DNA of 64,000 nucleotides from an uncultured Armatimonadia bacterium (GTDB lineage: Bacteria; Armatimonadota; Zipacnadia; CAVVLO01). The position numbers were made by a program, and so were the translations under genes. Position 1 is the stretch's first letter; each line of letters starts with the position of its first letter. Of this stretch, positions 21,508-31,911 are shown one piece after another. The stretch lies in NCBI GenBank assembly GCA_963749155.1, contig CAVVLO010000002.1, positions 640,001 to 704,000 on the forward strand, in the 5' to 3' direction. The notes below the pieces were generated by a model. The model searched no databases and was not told where the DNA came from. It worked only from the letters and a program-made list of their open reading frames with translations.

Positions 21508-22930
21508 ACGCCTCAATGCCCGCCTGCGCGGCCTGCTTTCGGTTTCAGTCGTCGCCATACTGCTGCTCGCGTTGCCCCTTTTCTACTGGGTCGGTGCGAG
21601 GCAGAGCTACCTCAACCAAAAATCGGCAACCTATCGCTCGGCCTTCCTGGAAGACTGGAGCGCGCGCGGCACCCTGATCTCGGCCGATGACCAGGTGCTG
21701 GCCGAATCGGTCAAGGACTCTCAGACAGGCAAAGTGAAGCGCAGCTATCCCCTGGGCGCGGCGGCGGCGCAGACAATTGGTTATCTCTCCCACCAGTATG
21801 GCAAGTCGGGACTGGAGAAAGGCTGTGACGAGTGGCTTTCCAGCGCGCGGGGCTCCTCGGCGGGACTGTTGGAGCAACTGCAGCGGCTGTCGGGCCTGCC
21901 CGTGCCTGGCCACAAGGTGCAGGTTACTCTCAATGCCAAATTACAGAAGACAGCCTACGAGGCCCTTGGAGGGCGACGAGGAGCGGTGGCGGTAATCAAT
22001 CCGCAAACTGGGGCGATTCTGGCGCTTGCCAGTTCGCCTTCGTACGATGCCAACAAGGTGGATGCGCTCTTTGATGAACTGCGCACCCATCCTCACGCGG
22101 CGTTGCTCAATCGCGCAACTCAAGGCCTGTATCCGCCAGGTTCGACTTTCAAGATATTCACCGCGGCCGCGGCGCTGGATACGGGCGTCGTCACCCCCGA
22201 TACGACCTTCGATTGCGAGGGCACCTGGCAAGGCCCAGGCACCAGAATCAAATGTCTGAAGCGCTCAGGCCACGGGGAGATATCTCTTTTCGATGGTATC
22301 CGGCTTTCTTGTAATATTGCGCTCTCTCAGACGGCGCTCAAGCTGGGGCTGGATGGATTCTATTCCTATGCGAAGGCCTTCCATCTGGAGGATCCCTTCG
22401 AACTGCCCTGTGCCTCCTCCAAAGGTATGCTGCCCGATCGCCTGAAAGCGACCGAAGCAGATTTGGCCGAGATGGGCTTTGGTCAGGGCAGGTTGCTGGT
22501 GAGCCCTCTCTGGATTGCCTTGATGGCAGGCACCGTGACCAACAACGGCCAAATGATGCGGCCCTATCTCATATCGAAGATAACAGGCCAAAATGGTAAA
22601 ATGATATCTGAGACCTCTCCCCTTTCCTGGGGGCAACCGGTTTCCTCGCAGGCGGCCAGCGAGATCACCAGGATGATGGTGGCCACGGTAGATACTGGCA
22701 CGGGAACCGTTGCGCGCTTGCCTGGGGTTGAAGTGGCAGGCAAGACTGGTACCGCTGAGAACCCCGAAGGCAGGCCTCATGGCTGGTTTGTGGCTACGGC
22801 GCCCGCCGGTCGGCCAGTGGTGGCAGTAGCGGCAATTGTTGAGAACAGCGGCACCGGCAGCGCCAATGCCGGCCCGATTGTGAAACAGATTTTGAGGCAA
22901 GCCCTCAAGCAAGCAGGTGAACTGGATTGA
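21491..22930 (+). CDS. pbpA: Class B penicillin-binding protein (PbpA-like)
   Basis: STFK (SxxK), SCN (SxN) and KTG motifs; N-terminal TM; follows the SEDS gene. Confidence 0.92.
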   Translation: MHQEPERLNARLRGLLSVSVVAILLLALPLFYWVGARQSYLNQKSATYRSAFLEDWSARGTLISADDQVLAESVKDSQTGKVKRSYPLGAAAAQTIGYLSHQYGKSGLEKGCDEWLSSARGSSAGLLEQLQRLSGLPVPGHKVQVTLNAKLQKTAYEALGGRRGAVAVINPQTGAILALASSPSYDANKVDALFDELRTHPHAALLNRATQGLYPPGSTFKIFTAAAALDTGVVTPDTTFDCEGTWQGPGTRIKCLKRSGHGEISLFDGIRLSCNIALSQTALKLGLDGFYSYAKAFHLEDPFELPCASSKGMLPDRLKATEADLAEMGFGQGRLLVSPLWIALMAGTVTNNGQMMRPYLISKITGQNGKMISETSPLSWGQPVSSQAASEITRMMVATVDTGTGTVARLPGVEVAGKTGTAENPEGRPHGWFVATAPAGRPVVAVAAIVENSGTGSANAGPIVKQILRQALKQAGELD

Positions 22931-24495
22931 TTACACCCGGCCAGATGCTGGCAGGACGTTATAAGTTGGGCGAACAACTCGGCAGGGGTGGGATGGCCCT
23001 GGTCTTTTCGGCGCTGGACACCACCCTCGACCGGCAAGTCGCCATAAAGGTGCTGGATCCCAAATATCTGGCGGATGAAGAGTTTGTCGCGCGATTTGGG
23101 CTGGAGGTCTCTTCGGCTGCCCAACTGGCGCATCCAAGCATTGTCACGACCTACGACACAGGCCAGTTTGAAGGATTGCCTTATCTGGTTATGGAGAACC
23201 TTCCCGGCGGCACTCTGCGCGACCGGTTGAAGCGCACCCCCCAATTGCCCGAGCGCCAGGCTATTGCCATCGCGTTATCGCTGGCCAGGGCGCTTGCCTA
23301 CGCTCATTCGCGCGGCATCGTGCATCGGGACATAAAACCCAGCAACGTATTATTTACTTCCGATGGCATCCCCAAGCTCAGCGATTTTGGCATCGCCAAG
23401 GCGCTGGCGGCTTCAGAATACACTCAGACAGGTCAGATGGTCGGCTCGGTTGCCTATTCGGCGCCGGAGGTACTCGAAGGCGGCTCCGCAACACCAGCAA
23501 GTGATATCTACTCGCTAGGCTGTCTGCTATATGAGATGGTCTGTGGCAAGGCGCCCTTCGATGGCGACTCGCCTATGGCGATTGCTCTGGGGCATCTGCG
23601 ACAGGCGCCTCAGCGGCCCAGGGCGCTCAATCCACAGCTCTCGACCCGCGTTGAAGCCTTGCTGCTCAGGTGCCTTGAGAAGACGCCTTCGATGCGATAT
23701 GGCTCGGTGGAAGAACTCGCCAATGAGCTTGAGAAGCTCCAGGTCAGCAGCCCAACCGATATTCGCGATGCGCTGGATACCGAGCAGACAATGCGCAGAC
23801 CAGTCGTGCGCACCACAGCGCCTTTACCGCCGCAGCGCGGCAGTGACACCAATACGCCGCTGATAATCGCCCTTGTCTTCGTAGCCATCGCGGCGATTGC
23901 GCTCGGGTTCGTCTTTGGCCCTCAGTTGCTCGAATCTTTCGGGGGCGGCAAGCCGGCGCTGCTTCAGGCGCCCAATCTGGAAAGGATGAGCATCTCTCAG
24001 GCCACCCGTGCGGCCCAGGTGCTGGGGCTGACGGTCCAGGTACAGGGCGAAGAAGATAGTGATAGTGTGCCACCAAATTCCATCTTGCGCCAGTTGCCTT
24101 CGCCAGGTGTAGAGGTTGAAAAGGGCGGAGTAATTAAAGTCATTGTCTCCAAGGGGCAGGAACTGGTAAACGTGCCGGATATCACTGAGATCCCTGTCGA
24201 GCGCGCCTCCTCGCTGCTTTCGGGATACGGATTGAGAATTGGCGCCCAACAAGGCGAGGAACACCACCCCACCCTCCCAGAAGGGTATATCTTGCGGCAA
24301 TCTCCAGGGGCTGGGCAAAAGTCTACCAAAGGCTCCAGAGTGGATTATTGGCTAAGTCTTGGCCCCGAAGCGGTTGAGCCACCGCCACCAGACACCAATA
24401 CAGGGCCCCAGCCTCCGGATGATGGCACAAACGCTGGGCCAGATGCGCCACCTCCTGGCGATAATCCACCGCCAGTAGCTCCTGACACAGAGTAG
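22927..24495 (+). CDS. pknB: Ser/Thr protein kinase with TM helix, two PASTA domains and Pro-rich tail
   Basis: LGRGGMA, VAIK, HRDIKPSN, DFG, APE; PASTA repeats (APNLERMS, VPDITEIP); TTG start. Confidence 0.93.
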   Translation: MITPGQMLAGRYKLGEQLGRGGMALVFSALDTTLDRQVAIKVLDPKYLADEEFVARFGLEVSSAAQLAHPSIVTTYDTGQFEGLPYLVMENLPGGTLRDRLKRTPQLPERQAIAIALSLARALAYAHSRGIVHRDIKPSNVLFTSDGIPKLSDFGIAKALAASEYTQTGQMVGSVAYSAPEVLEGGSATPASDIYSLGCLLYEMVCGKAPFDGDSPMAIALGHLRQAPQRPRALNPQLSTRVEALLLRCLEKTPSMRYGSVEELANELEKLQVSSPTDIRDALDTEQTMRRPVVRTTAPLPPQRGSDTNTPLIIALVFVAIAAIALGFVFGPQLLESFGGGKPALLQAPNLERMSISQATRAAQVLGLTVQVQGEEDSDSVPPNSILRQLPSPGVEVEKGGVIKVIVSKGQELVNVPDITEIPVERASSLLSGYGLRIGAQQGEEHHPTLPEGYILRQSPGAGQKSTKGSRVDYWLSLGPEAVEPPPPDTNTGPQPPDDGTNAGPDAPPPGDNPPPVAPDTE

Positions 24496-24649
24496 TTATT
24501 AACTCGGGGCAAGTTGCCAAACTGCTTCCGAGCTGTTTCTTAATATCTTGTTAGCTTACCTGACAGGGGCAGAACCGGCGACGTAGTGCAGTTTGCTGGG
24601 TCTCTTGTAACTAATTCGAGATATTTTCGAAATTGTTGTTGCAGTGCTG

Positions 24650-24678
24650 TTGACGTTACGTTGCTTCGATGGTACATT
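24650..24678 (+). promoter_or_regulatory. Sigma70-type promoter
   Basis: TTGACG-17 nt-TACATT with TG extension, in an AT-rich intergenic region. Confidence 0.65.
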
Positions 24679-24742
24679 ATGTAGTGGAGGAACACGAGTG
24701 TCGTATCACCAGCTTGTTGCCCACAGGCGGAGGTGATGCGCA

Positions 24743-24976
24743 GTGTCACTACCATCGATCGGAGCAGCGTTTGCAGGCATCCTTTTGTTGTTCTTTACAT
24801 CAGCTCAGCTGATGTACAACATCTTCAGCCCTGTGCTGAGTTGGCTTTTCTCGGCGTTTGGACTGGACCTGACAGAAGGCGAAGCAAACCTTATCACAAT
24901 CTTACTTGTCGTCAGCGTCGGCCTGGCTATCATCAACAAGCTGATGAAGAACTTCGCCGGCGGGTATACCGACTAA
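24743..24976 (+). CDS. Small (77 aa) hypothetical protein with two hydrophobic helices
   Basis: Strong SD GGAGGTGA, GTG start, own promoter and terminator. Confidence 0.7.
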   Translation: MSLPSIGAAFAGILLLFFTSAQLMYNIFSPVLSWLFSAFGLDLTEGEANLITILLVVSVGLAIINKLMKNFAGGYTD

Positions 24977-25004
24977 ACGCCAGTTATCGTCTACTGACTA
25001 CCTG

Positions 25005-25036
25005 AAGGGCTCTCGCAAGGGAGCCCTTTTCTATTT
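25005..25036 (+). terminator. Rho-independent terminator
   Basis: AAGGGCTCTC-GCAA-GGGAGCCCTT followed by TTCTATTT. Confidence 0.85.
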
Positions 25037-25053
25037 ATAAACCACTTCTCTGG

Positions 25054-25082
25054 TTGACAGGCCGCATCCCTGCCACTAACCT
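25054..25082 (+). promoter_or_regulatory. Sigma70 promoter, probably producing a leaderless mRNA
   Basis: TTGACA-17 nt-TAACCT, 7 nt before ATG 25090, no SD. Confidence 0.6.
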
Positions 25083-25089
25083 CCCCCGT

Positions 25090-26775
25090 ATGAATGACCG
25101 GCTGACTACCGATATCCGACAAAGAGTGGCCAAAGAGCAAGGCGCCGTGTTGAAGGACTCCGGCGGCAGGCTGCGCGTCGCCCTTATATGGCCTAACACT
25201 TATGCGTGCGGGATGGCCTCACTTGGTTTCCAACAGCTCTACAGATTGCTTAACGAATTGCCCTTTGTGGTCTGCGAGCGCGCCTTTCTGCCCGACAATC
25301 CCCGCCAGTATGATGAACTTGATACCGAGCTTTTCACCTACGAGACACTGACCCCAGTAAGAGATTTCCATGTGCTGGCTTTTTCGGTGGCCTACGAGCT
25401 GGATTACTTCCACCTGCTGCGGTGCCTTAGTCTGGCGCGCGTGCCAGTGCGCGCCAGGGACAGGCAGGAGGACGATCCGCTAGTTATCGCCGGAGGCATC
25501 GCGCTCACTTTCAATCCCTTTCCAATTGCTGAAGCGCTGGATGCGATTTGTATAGGTGAAGCAGAACCCCTGCTCGAGCGCTGGTTCGAGCTGCTTTATC
25601 AGAGTCGCGAAGTAGCGCCTGGCTCGCGCGAGGAAATATTGCGCGCCCAGGCCGAATTGCCTGGTGTCTTTGTACCTTCACTTTACAAGCTGGACTGGGA
25701 CGCCCAGGGCAATCTGATGAGCGTTGAGACAGAGCCCCCTGCGCCGTTGTCTGTGGTAAAAAGCACCACGGATTTCGATTATAACGAGCCAGCCCGAGGG
25801 TCGCTCTTTGCAGCCTCGAGCCAGTTTGCCAACGACCTGCTGGTTGAGATCGGCCGAGGTTGTGGGCGAGGTTGCAAGTTCTGCGTGTCGGGTCATGTGA
25901 CCAACCCGGTACGATTTCATCCTGGGGAGGCTGTCGTACAAGCCGCCAAGGCTGCGGAGGCGCCAGATTTCGGGAGAGTGGCGCTGGTGGCAAGCGCGGC
26001 TGGAGACTATCCGGGGTTGGCGGAGTTGCTGACAAGTCTCACTGCCGAAGGCTTCAGGGCGTCGGTCTCCTCTCTGAGGGTCGAACAGACCAAGCTGGCG
26101 ACCTTGAAAGCACTTGCCCAGAGCGGTGGGCGGACTGTAACCATAGCTCCCGAGGCAGCGACCGAACGGTTGCGCTTTGCCTTGGGGAAGAAAACTCGAG
26201 ATGAGGAGTTTTTCCACTTCGCCGAGTTGGCTCAGGAGGCCCGCATCGAGCAACTCAAGCTCTATTTCCTGCTTGGCCTGCCTGCCGAAACTGACGATGA
26301 TATCCTCGCGCTGGGGGGATTCCTTACCGAGTTGAAGTCACGCTGCCCAGGGGTTGCAGTTAAGGCTTCTGTTGGGATTTTCGTGCCAAAACCTGCGACC
26401 CCCTTCCAGTGGGCGCCAATGGTGGTTGAGCCTGAACTAACACGACGACTAGTGCTGGCAAGGCAGGCTTTGTCGAAGCTGCGCAAAGTGAGTTTCGACC
26501 TGGATGCGCCCGGCGAGGCCCTGATCCAGGCCTTGCTTGCGCGAGGAGGAGCGCCACTTTTCCCTGTGCTGGAAGCTCTTGCCGTAAAAGGCCCCAAGCT
26601 TAAGCCTCTCCTCAAAGGCTTGCGCGCTCAGGAGCTTGACCCTGACCTGCTCTGGAGCGAGCGCCCCGCTGAGGCGCGCTTCCCCTGGGAGCTATTCGAC
26701 TTTGGAATGGCTCGCGAAAAGCTCTGGAAAAGGTGGACCGAGACCTTCGAAGGAGCCCCGGATGAAGCTGACTGA
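25090..26775 (+). CDS. Radical SAM protein with N-terminal B12-binding-like domain (TIGR03960/YgiQ-like)
   Basis: PNTYACGMASLG, CERAF, RGCGRGCKFC (CxxxCxxC), KLYFLLGLP, PKPATPFQW. Confidence 0.88.
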   Translation: MNDRLTTDIRQRVAKEQGAVLKDSGGRLRVALIWPNTYACGMASLGFQQLYRLLNELPFVVCERAFLPDNPRQYDELDTELFTYETLTPVRDFHVLAFSVAYELDYFHLLRCLSLARVPVRARDRQEDDPLVIAGGIALTFNPFPIAEALDAICIGEAEPLLERWFELLYQSREVAPGSREEILRAQAELPGVFVPSLYKLDWDAQGNLMSVETEPPAPLSVVKSTTDFDYNEPARGSLFAASSQFANDLLVEIGRGCGRGCKFCVSGHVTNPVRFHPGEAVVQAAKAAEAPDFGRVALVASAAGDYPGLAELLTSLTAEGFRASVSSLRVEQTKLATLKALAQSGGRTVTIAPEAATERLRFALGKKTRDEEFFHFAELAQEARIEQLKLYFLLGLPAETDDDILALGGFLTELKSRCPGVAVKASVGIFVPKPATPFQWAPMVVEPELTRRLVLARQALSKLRKVSFDLDAPGEALIQALLARGGAPLFPVLEALAVKGPKLKPLLKGLRAQELDPDLLWSERPAEARFPWELFDFGMAREKLWKRWTETFEGAPDEAD

Positions 26776-27565
26776 ACGCGAGGGCGCGCTGTTTATAGAG
26801 CCAGCAACGCTGGAGGCGCCTGAAGGCACTGTATTGGCCTTCACAACCCGCGTGGGGGGCGTCAGCCTGCCGCCTCACGACGCGCTCAATCTGAGTTATG
26901 AAGCCGGTGACGACGCCAAATTGGTCAGAGAGAACTGGGCCAGGACCAGGCGAGCGCTCGGGCTTGCCGATATGGCCATCAGAGAACTCTCCCAGGTGCA
27001 TGGGATTGAAGTTTTCCATCTGACCTCCTTTGAGCAAGGCCACCTCATCCACGGGGAGGACGCCTGCCAGCTTGGCCCGGCAGATACGCTGGTGACAGCG
27101 CTAGCTGGGACGCCGTGCGCGCTGCGATATGCCGACTGCGCGCCGATTGCTTTGTACAGCAGGAAGTCAAAGGCGATGGGGCTTGTGCACGCGGGCTGGC
27201 GAGGCACCGCCACAGGCGTGGTAGCAAGCGCGGTGATGGCGATGGCAATCGCTTTTGGCGCAACTCCAGGAGAGCTGCAAGCCTTTATCTTTCCGCATAT
27301 CCGCAAGTGCTGTTTTCTGGTGCGTGAAGACGCTCTGAAAGAGTTTTCGCACTCCTTCCCTGGCCCTTCCGAGGTCATCGAGCAAGCGAGTGAAGCCCAG
27401 TGGACGATTGATCTCGAGGCGGCCAACCGGCACTGGCTGACCGAGCTTGGCGTCACCCGGATTGAAACCTCTGACCTCTGCACCTGCTGCCGAGATGATT
27501 TATTTTTCTCATATCGGCGCGATGGGATGCGCGGTTGCATGAGGTTGATTGGCCAGTTGGTTTGA
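26762..27565 (+). CDS. pgeF: PgeF/YfiH-family purine nucleoside phosphorylase (laccase-domain protein)
   Basis: FTTRVGGVS, QVHG, ADCAPI, HAGWRG, CTCC, FFSYRR motifs. Confidence 0.9.
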   Translation: MKLTEREGALFIEPATLEAPEGTVLAFTTRVGGVSLPPHDALNLSYEAGDDAKLVRENWARTRRALGLADMAIRELSQVHGIEVFHLTSFEQGHLIHGEDACQLGPADTLVTALAGTPCALRYADCAPIALYSRKSKAMGLVHAGWRGTATGVVASAVMAMAIAFGATPGELQAFIFPHIRKCCFLVREDALKEFSHSFPGPSEVIEQASEAQWTIDLEAANRHWLTELGVTRIETSDLCTCCRDDLFFSYRRDGMRGCMRLIGQLV

Positions 27566-27701
27566 CCTCTTGGAGCTTTGGCGATACCCTTATATAATAG
27601 AAATATAATCTCTTGCCAGACTAGCGCCAGAACTAGCAGCCTCGTTCTACTACTCAAGTTATGACAGCAATCAGCCGATAAGCCCCTAGAGGTGGACTCT
27701 G

Positions 27702-28725
27702 ATGGACGGTGTTGGGGCCGGCGCGGCACTTGCGTCGCTTGCTGCTCCTTACAATTTACTTGCCCAGGCACTCGATCGACCTCGGCGGCTGCTTGCCTCG
27801 GCGCTTACTCGTTATGTGCATCCTGAGGCACTGGTTAAGGCAGGGGCCAGGAAACCTGCCCTCCTCACAACGGCAGTGGTGCTTGCCGGAGGGCGAGGCA
27901 CCAGGCTGTATCCTCTTACAGAACACCTTCCCAAGCCGCTTGTACCGGTCTTCGGCCGGGCACTGCTCGATCACTTGCTTACAGGGCTAGCGCGAAGTGG
28001 AGTCCAGCAGGTTTATATCCTGCTTGGTTTTGGGGGAGAGCAAGTACTCAGCCATCTTGCCGAAGCTGCTCCGGCAGGACTGGCTATCGAGACTCTTTCT
28101 GGTAATGAGCCATACGGCACTGCAGGAGCAACGCGCAGACTTCGCAAGTTGCTACCGGACGAGTTCCTTGTGATGTGTGGCGATGCGCTTACAGATGCGG
28201 ATTTCTTGCACGCGACTCTTTTCCACCAGGAGCAGGGGGCGCTGGTGACTGTCCTGGCCAAGGAGGTGCCAGATGCCTCCCAGTTCGGCTTGATGGCGGT
28301 GGACGAGACCAGGCGGATAACAAATTTCGTCGAGAAGCCTGCAAGACTTCCAGGTTGCCCCAGCTCCCTCAGGGCTGGTCAGTTGCGGGATGTACCTGAT
28401 GCGGCGCGAGGCACTTGATTATGTGCCAGCAGGCGTTGAATACGATTTCGGCAAGCAGCTCTTGCCAAGTCTGCTTGAAGCGGGGGCGCCTCTTTATGCG
28501 TGGAGCCTGCCCCAATACTGGCGCGATATCGGTACCTGGGAAGCCTATGTGCAGGGGATGATGGATGTGCTGGAGGGGCAGGTCAGATTACCCTGGCCCC
28601 TGCTTTGTGAGAAGATCTTCCTTTTACGGCAGAGACTGGCGCGCGGTAGATTTGATTTGCCCGCCCATCCTGCTGCAGCTATCGCGACGCTGGAGGCGGA
28701 ATTCGCCACGCTGGCGGCGCGTTAA
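27702..28725 (+). CDS. NDP-sugar pyrophosphorylase / nucleotidyltransferase (mannose-1-P guanylyltransferase-like); +1 base near 28358; start uncertain
   Basis: VLAGGRGTRLYPLT..PKPL, GTAGA, FVEKP, YWRDIGT. Confidence 0.85.
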
Positions 28726-28752
28726 GGGGTCGCGAGTCGGACTGCAGGCAAT

Positions 28753-29677
28753 TTAGCCTTCCAGTTCGAGCTCGCGGCCCTGGACAAGTTTGAAGAGCAC
28801 CTTCAACCCCTCCCCAAGACGCGGGCCAGGGCGCAACAGTAAATCGGGCGAGACAGCTTTCACCTTGCCAGGCTTTGACGGCTTTGAGTTGGCGCCATTT
28901 GGAGGTTGCGAGCAGTTGCTGAGCGTCGGGTGAGGTCGTGATGATAAGATCCGGCTCCCCCGCAAGCAGAGCTTCTTCCGAAAGCGCGGCAAATCCCTTG
29001 TATTCGGCTGGCACGGCGTTTTTCGCGCCACAATCGGTCAGCATCTGCCCGACGAAGGTATCAGCCGCAGCGGCGTATAGCGGCTCCATCGAGATCTCGA
29101 CAAAAACCTTCAGGTCCATCGGTTTGGCCTGCTTGCGCACTGCCTCGATAACTCCCAGCATTTCTCGCGTCAGCTTCTCGGCCTCTTCCCCTTTGCCAGT
29201 CGCGATCCCCAGGGTGCCGATGTTGCCTACCACATCCTCAAACTTGCTGGGTTCGAGCGCCAGCACGGGAAGACCCAGTTTACGCAAGTGGGCGATGCCT
29301 GTCGGCTGAAGCGAATTGATACCCACAATGAGGTCGGGCTTGAGGGAGACGATTTGCTCATAATTCAGATTGATGACGCCAAGTTGGGCCTTCTCTTTGG
29401 CCTCGGGGGGATAGTCAGAGGACTCCGAGACGGCGATAATCTGGTCTCCAAGCCCCAGCGCGTAAAGCAATTCGGTACAACTGGGGGCAAGCGATATGAT
29501 CCGCTCGGCCCTCGCGGGTATTGGCACTGAAGCGCCAGTGTCATCTACTACTGAAAGAGGCGCCTGGGCGTCAGGAAACGGAGCTGTGGGCGGAACTTCA
29601 GCCTCCTGCTTCGGGCCGCAACCGGCCAGCAGACAGCAAGCGAGCAACACCAGAAAGATGCCAGAGAGCAGCTTCAT
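28753..29677 (-). CDS. Cobalamin/iron-siderophore ABC substrate-binding lipoprotein (BtuF-like); +1 base near 28871
   Basis: Lipobox LAGC, RIISLAPSCTELLYALG, LKPDLI, RPGPRL. Confidence 0.85.
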
Positions 29678-29689
29678 AACTTTACCTCA

Positions 29690-31181
29690 TCAGAAGGGCA
29701 TTATGACTTGCAGTGAACAGACCATTGCCACGGCTTGCAGGGCAAGCCCGGCGGGCAGCAGACCCCAGCGCGGACCGAGTCTCTCCAGCGCCAGCCAGGC
29801 GATAAGGGGTAGCAAGGCCATATAGAAGAACAACCAGATGCGCGCGACCTCGCCCAGCACGGAACCACTCAAATCTACCAGCAGCAGTATAGAACAAACC
29901 GAAAGAGTAAAGAGTGTGAGCAGAGACTGATTGCGCGGCCAGCGCGCAAGGCCCGAAGCCAGGAGTGGCCAGGCTGCCAGCCCCAGGAAAACGGCGACAT
30001 CCAGCAGGTTGAAGCCCAGCCAGAAGGAGTAGGTGCGCGTCGCTGTGAGCGCGTGGTGGGCGGCCATCGCCTGACTCCACATCAGGGGGAAGTCGGTCAG
30101 CATGGCCCAGACCAGCATCGGCACTGCAAAGCTGGCAATCGCAAGTCCGACGCTGCCAAATAACACCTTGCGTGATTCAGGTGCTTTTTTCAGTGACTTG
30201 CCCAGCAGCCAGCCGAACAAGCCAAATAACGGCACGAGGGCCAATAAGCCAAAGTTTACGAAGACGCCTCCAGCCAGCAGCAGGCCAGCCAGGACGGCAA
30301 GCCACCGCCGGCGGGGTTCGAGCGACTTCAACAAGAGCCAGCCGAGGGTAAACACCAGGGGTGGAAACAGCAGGTCGAGTGCCGGCAGGAAGAGCAACTG
30401 ACCTGGCACCAGGGGATAACAGAGGGCCGTAACGACCGCGGCCTCGAGCCCTGCCAGCTTGCGCGCCAGCAGGAAGGCGGGGATAAGGCCAAGCATCCCC
30501 AGCAGGCCGATCAGCCAGGCGACGAGGCCCGCGCCCAGCAGTTGCATCTCGGTCAGGTCCGCTCCCGCTCCGCGCTTCACCAGCGCGCGCCAGAGCAGCA
30601 CTTCATCCGAGTGAGCCACAAGCCAGTCCTGTGACAGGCTTCCAAAACTGACTGCCAGATTATAGGCGAAGCCCTTCAGAGCCCAGTAGGTTAACACTGC
30701 GCCTGGGGGATGGGTAGCAGCGTGCTGGTCCATTGAAGGCATCAAATCGGGATAGGTGCGAATATAGTCCAGGACTCCCTCCACTCTGGATGCCTCAGAA
30801 TAATAGGTAGTGGAGACAGGACTTGCGACGCAGGCCCCAAGAAAGACCAGGCCTCTGCCGCAGGCGGCGTTCAAGGCAATCTGCCCAAGCCAGGCCACCA
30901 GCACCAGCACCACAAGCAGCAGGGGCAACCATCGTTTGGCTTCGCGTTTTTTCCAGAGCAGGACAGCGACCAGGCTGTACAAGCCAAACAACCCGAGGGC
31001 TGGCACTACTGCTCCGGTCAGATGGAAAGCTGGCACATAAGGCCAGCTCCATTCGCCCAGCAGGCCAAGGGGAATTGTCCGAGTCAGGGACTAGCGCGGC
31101 TGCGAGGGCGCCAAGCACGAGGCAGAGCCAGGCTAGCAGTCGACCCGGAGCCGGCGGCTCGGTGCTCTTCTCAGGCTCCAT
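29690..31181 (-). CDS. Polytopic membrane protein, GT-C/PMT-like glycosyltransferase; +1 base near 31093
   Basis: Many TM segments, GEWSWP, HAATHPPG, GEVARIWLF motifs. Confidence 0.65.
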
Positions 31182-31911
31182 CGGACTCTCCAAGCCCGAC
31201 AGCCTCCTTCAGCGCGGCGACTTCAGCCTCGGTCAAAGGCCGCCAGCCGCCAAGCTGCAACTCGCCAAGTTCAACAGGCCCGTGAGTAACACGTTTGAGG
31301 CCTTTTACCTTGTGGCCGAGGGCGCCCATCAGGCGACGCACCTCCCGGTTGCGGCCTTCTTTTAAGGTAATAAGCACGACGCTATCGCTTTCGGCCTTGC
31401 GTACAGGGATAACCCGAACCGGTTTGGCCATACCGTCTTCCAGCATAATCCCCTTGCGCAGATCGCGTATCTCGGCATTCGTGAGGCGGTGAGGCAGAGT
31501 GACCTCGTAGGTCTTCTCGACCTCCCAGGTAGGGTGAGAGAGCCGATGGGCAAGCTGGCCGTCATTGGTGTAGAGCAAGAGTCCACTTGACCACATATCC
31601 AGGCGGCCGACGGAGTTCAGATGGCGAAGATGGGGAGGCAACAGATGCAAGGCAAGGGGCCGGCGTTCGCCTTCATCACGCCTGGTGGAGACGTGACCGG
31701 GGGGTTTGTGGACCGCCGCGTAGGCAAAGACCAGGTTCAGCTTGATGCGCTTGCCCTTGAACCGCACCTCGTCTTTGTCGGGGTTTACCTGGGTACCCAG
31801 CTCAGTGACTACCTGGCCGTTTACCTCGACGAGGCCTGCGGTTATCAGGGTCTCGGCTCGCCTGCGACTCGCGATCCCCGCCTGTTGCAACACTTTTTGC
31901 AGCCTTAACAT
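31171..31911 (-). CDS. rluB: rRNA pseudouridine synthase (RluB/RsuA family, S4 domain)
   Basis: RLQKVLQQAGIASRRRAE, HKPPG, VGRLD, EGRNREVRR. Confidence 0.92.
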   Translation of the reverse strand: MLRLQKVLQQAGIASRRRAETLITAGLVEVNGQVVTELGTQVNPDKDEVRFKGKRIKLNLVFAYAAVHKPPGHVSTRRDEGERRPLALHLLPPHLRHLNSVGRLDMWSSGLLLYTNDGQLAHRLSHPTWEVEKTYEVTLPHRLTNAEIRDLRKGIMLEDGMAKPVRVIPVRKAESDSVVLITLKEGRNREVRRLMGALGHKVKGLKRVTHGPVELGELQLGGWRPLTEAEVAALKEAVGLGESDGA

